Part shown: positions 60,427 through 64,000 of the stretch, one piece after another
Layout of the letters: each line of letters opens with the position of its first letter
How positions within the stretch are numbered: the stretch's first letter is position 1
Assembly: GCF_024521635.1 (NCBI RefSeq)
Contig: NW_026250408.1
Span: 1,426,001-1,490,000 of the forward strand
DNA: 64,000 nucleotides
Origin: Tricharina praecox
Taxonomy: Eukaryota
Reading direction: 5' to 3'
The notes under the pieces: model-generated
The model's database searches: none
What the model was told of the DNA's origin: nothing
Seen by the model: the letters and a program-made list of their open reading frames with translations, nothing else
Program-made: the position numbers and the translations under genes

Positions 60427-61556
60427 ACCCGTCGTCGTCGTATGGGTGCCCGTCGTCGACGTGAGGAGCGTTGAGGCAGCTATGGTGGGCGAGTGGTGAG
60501 GGGGGAGGCGGGGTGGGTGTTGGGAGGGCGAGCGAGGGGTGCGGCGACGGCGACGGTGGATGTCGTGGAGGCTGTGCAGGCGCGGATGGTTGCAGGATCG
60601 AGGTGAGGGTTTTCTCCGACAACGTCGTGGGTATGTAGAATTGAAGGATCGTAAAACAGTCGTTTCTTGTCGTCTATGTCGTGTAGTGTAGTGCAGTGAT
60701 GTACGTCGAGGGGGTGCGTGTAGAGTATAGCAAGGACGGGCAGGACGCAGGCAGGCAGAGCAGGCAGGGCAAGATTTCTCTCCTCCCTCTTTGCTGTCCA
60801 ACCACCCGCATTAATATTCTACCCTTAGTTACGCGTCCCACCGGTCACCAACAACCCCTGCATACTGTACTGTACTAGTACTGTACAGCTAACTAAAGCG
60901 GAGTAGACAGCTCACTCTTCACACCCCACCCCGCACCGCTGTGCTGTTCCTGACTAGAGTACAACATGTACAACATGTGGGTGAAGCGAAAAATAATTAT
61001 TTATCTTTCGTCAGGACTCGGAAGGGAGACGGGGACGGGGACTGGTGGGATTGATTGCAATCGCAGTCGAGACCCTGAACTTTGGAGGAATGCATGTGGA
61101 CTGTGGCGTGGCTTGTGAGAGGCCGCGTAAATGCACTGGGTGGGGCGGGGCTCGGCGAACGAGGGGCTGGAGGGAGTCATGGAATATCACTCAGTTTGCT
61201 TCTTCGTACCGGTATTTTTTGTGATGTTGAGAAGCGCAGTTTTTTGCAGAGATGATTGAACTGGAAAAATAAAATGGAGAAGCGCGACATGCAGCTCGCG
61301 CGGTACTCCATACTGGAATAACGGCGGTGGACCGGCAGTTATATGTTCTAGCAGCTGTAAGAAAGCATCACCAAGTGCATCGTGCTTCTGTAAACGCAGC
61401 CCTTCAATTCTATGTTTCTCCGAAATGTATAGACACCGTGTATAGACAGTATAGTTAGTAGAGTGTCGCAGCCCATCACCCATCGCCCAGCCCCAGGTAT
61501 CAATCGCTCCCACATGGTACAAACATCCTCCCCCTCCCACTCCCACTCCTCACAGC

Positions 61557-63208
61557 TCAGAAGCGATTGATATCCCTCCCCAAAACCCAATTCAAGAACC
61601 TGCGCATTCCATTCCCGTTAGCACGCAACCCCACCCTCACCCAATTTCCGCCTCACCCCACAGCCAATCTGGGAGACCCACCAATAAGTAGGAATCAGCA
61701 ACTTATTCCGCCAGCTAACACTCTTGGTAAGGTACGCCGTCCTCCACAGCAGCCACGCCATGCGTCCCTTAACGTCGGTGCCACCGCTCTGCGTGATCGC
61801 CCTCCAGCCACCGAGATACGCCATGATCCCGAGACTGCGGAACTTAAACTCTGGCTGCGTTTCGACGTCTGCAAGGGATTTGTGGTGTGTTGCGGCGGTG
61901 GTGGTGTGGGTGGTAGTGGGGGTGGTGGTTGCTCTCGCGGCCTTGTTCAAAGTTTTCGCGAGCCAGTTCGCCTGCTGATTAGCGACCTGGGCGGTAGCAG
62001 GCAGGACCTGATGTCGGATGGCAGCGCAGTCTCCTATTGCGAAGACATCGTCGAGCGGCGCGGGACGTTCGCTGTCGAACGGTGTGGTAAGCACCCGCAG
62101 GTGGGTATCCACGCCGATCTGCCCGCTCTTGGGCGTCTTGAGGATCTCCCACTCGCTCGCCTTCGGGTCGTCGGGGTACAGTTTAAACGGCCGTCCGAGC
62201 GCCTCCTTGACAAACGGATTCGTCGCGAGCCCGGTGCTCCACACCACAGCGCCGACGGGCACGCGGCCCTCCTCCTCCGTCACCACGGCGTCGGCGAGCA
62301 CCTCCAGCACGTGGTGCGACGTCTGGATGCAGATGCCCTGGCGCGCGAACACGCCCTGCGCGTACCGCTGCAGCTTCTTATCGAACATGCCGAGGATAGC
62401 GGGAGCGACGTCGAAGACCGTGATCTTCGCAGCCTCCTTAACCAGCCGCGGGTAGATCTTGGCCAGGTCCTCCTGCAGCAGATCGTGCAGTTCCGCCGCG
62501 AACTCAATGCCGGTGGGCCCGCCGCCGACGATGGCGAAGTGCAGCAGCTCGCGCGCACGCTCCGGCGAGCACGTGGGCAGGTTCGCGTCCTCGAAGCGCT
62601 GCAGGATCCGCCGCCGGATCCGCCGCGCGTCCCCCACGTCCTTCAGGAAGAAGGCGTGCTCCTTAACCCCCGGAATGTTGAACGTCTGCGCGTAGCACCC
62701 CACTGCCACCACGAGCTTGTCGTATGGAACGGAGAACGTCTCGATCCCGGACCCGGAGTCCTCGACGGTGCCCGAGACGTGCAGGGATTTGTTGGCTACG
62801 TCCACCCCGCTGGCCCACCCGCGTATCACCTCCACCCCCTTCAGCGAATGTGAGCTCTCCATCGCCGTGCGGAACTCGAGCGTGCCCACGGCAGTACCGG
62901 CGAGCAAGGGCGTAAAGACGAAGTAGGTGCGAGGTGTGACTATGACGGGCTGGTAGTACTTGGTGTCCAGGCTGCGGGCAAGGCCGAAGCCGCCCCAGCC
63001 ACTGCCGAGGATGAGGATGCGTTCTCGGTCCATGGAGTGTCAGCTATGAACCGGAGAACGACGAGGAGGAGGGAAGGCATCTACCTTTTCTGGCGGCATC
63101 GAGTTCTTGTAGCGACAGATGGCGGCGCTGTACCGTGGAGAGTGCTGGTATCGAGAAGCAGGGCCGTGCGTGCAGCCGTGGTAATCGCGAAAGCTGACGG
63201 GATGACAT
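61557..63208 (-). CDS. Type II (alternative, rotenone-insensitive) NADH:quinone oxidoreductase, ~502 aa, 3 exons (63208-63085, 63023-61682, 61599-61557)
   Basis: Arg-rich presequence exon. Motifs: ILILGSGWGG (FAD Rossmann), FVFTPLL..TAVGTLEFR, YDKLVVAVG, IVGGGPTGIEFAAELHD (NADH Rossmann), VFAIGDCA, LPATAQVANQQ and MAYLG. The spliced end W|FLNWVLGRDINRF* matches the NDH-2 C-terminus. The intron-1 acceptor is uncertain (see findings). Confidence 0.92.
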
Positions 63209-64000
63209 GGTGTTATGGTCAATTGGCGGTGCTGTCTCGTCGAGTTGAGAGGAAGAGTCCGTGGTAATAGTCACGGCCACGTCTCTGACAAAGCTCCGAC
63301 GTCATATCAATCGGACCCACGGCACCGTTAAAGATCGGAACAAGTGAGTAGTAATCCAGCGCTACAACGGCAGGAACCGGGCGTCGGAGCAAACGCCACA
63401 CGGCACGTGGACCGGGATCGGCACCACTAGAGTGATCCTTGCTGCGGATCCCGCTCGCATAATTCCGACTCGTGTGCATGGGGAGTGAGAATACAGCACC
63501 GGTACCAGTACCTGCAAGACGAATGGTATGTAGCGGGGTATCGTAAGCATGAGACGCGGATACGCACAGCTCTGAGCAAAACGGTGGAACCAACATCAGC
63601 ACGTCCCTGCACAGCTGGACATGGATTCTCACTCGCGGGAAGCAGCTAGAAGAAGTCAGTGTTATGCGGTACAGTGGCCTCGGACGACAATAGATTGATG
63701 TTCTCTCTGTGCTGTGCTACCTGTAATGTGCGAAGAGTGCGGGGTGTACATACATTTCATTGTGGACGTGATGCTTGACGTCCGAGAGCTGAGGTTCACA
63801 CGACAGCTTCATCCGACCAAGGCTGCAGCAAGCTTGCTGCAAGCTGTACCGGGACAAAACAATAACACTAGCCAAAACAAAAATATCGCCGCTTCTACTC
63901 CCCTCTCAACCACCGCCAATCCTTCCTCGCCTTCCTCACTTCTCCACTCTCCTTCCAACCTCCATCTCCCCACCTTCCTTTCAACCACCACCTCTCCACT

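Noticed and set aside
61600..61681. ORF-track C-terminus of NDH-2 (WVSQIGCGVRRKLGEGGVAC)
   Set aside because: This is read-through into an intron (GTGGGT..GCTAAC..CAG). Splicing gives the family-typical ending FLNWVLGRDINRF.

Overview
Eukaryotic DNA from a filamentous ascomycete. Evidence: short GT..CTRAC..YAG introns, a Zn2Cys6 factor and a HeLo-domain gene. The wide, microsatellite-rich intergenic spacing hints at Pezizomycetes, which is only a guess. Reading splice sites by hand gives 13 protein-coding genes and one intron-containing tRNA-Leu(AAG). In order: small orphan (-), Zn2Cys6-type transcription factor (-), mitochondrion-targeted group-3 LEA protein (+), secreted BBE/AA7 flavo-oxidase (+), tRNA-Leu (-), TauD/clavaminate-synthase-like dioxygenase (-), F-box/LRR-like protein (+), long coiled-coil protein (+), two tandem paralogous 12-Cys single-pass receptor-like proteins (+,+), an intronless 1440-aa KDM3/JMJD1-type JmjC demethylase with a repeat-built tail (-), a HeLo-pseudokinase (+), a MARVEL-like 4-TM protein (-) and a type II NADH dehydrogenase (-). 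The most unusual part is 43.5-60.4 kb. There the KDM3-like gene has an intact catalytic site, nested repeats, a Wapl-like KTYSRK motif, a duplicated 3' flank, and a ~30-bp repeat array in the promoter it shares with an MLKL-like HeLo-pseudokinase. No transposase, backbone biosynthetic enzyme, rRNA or CRISPR array was seen. All family calls come from motif recognition by eye, not from database searches.
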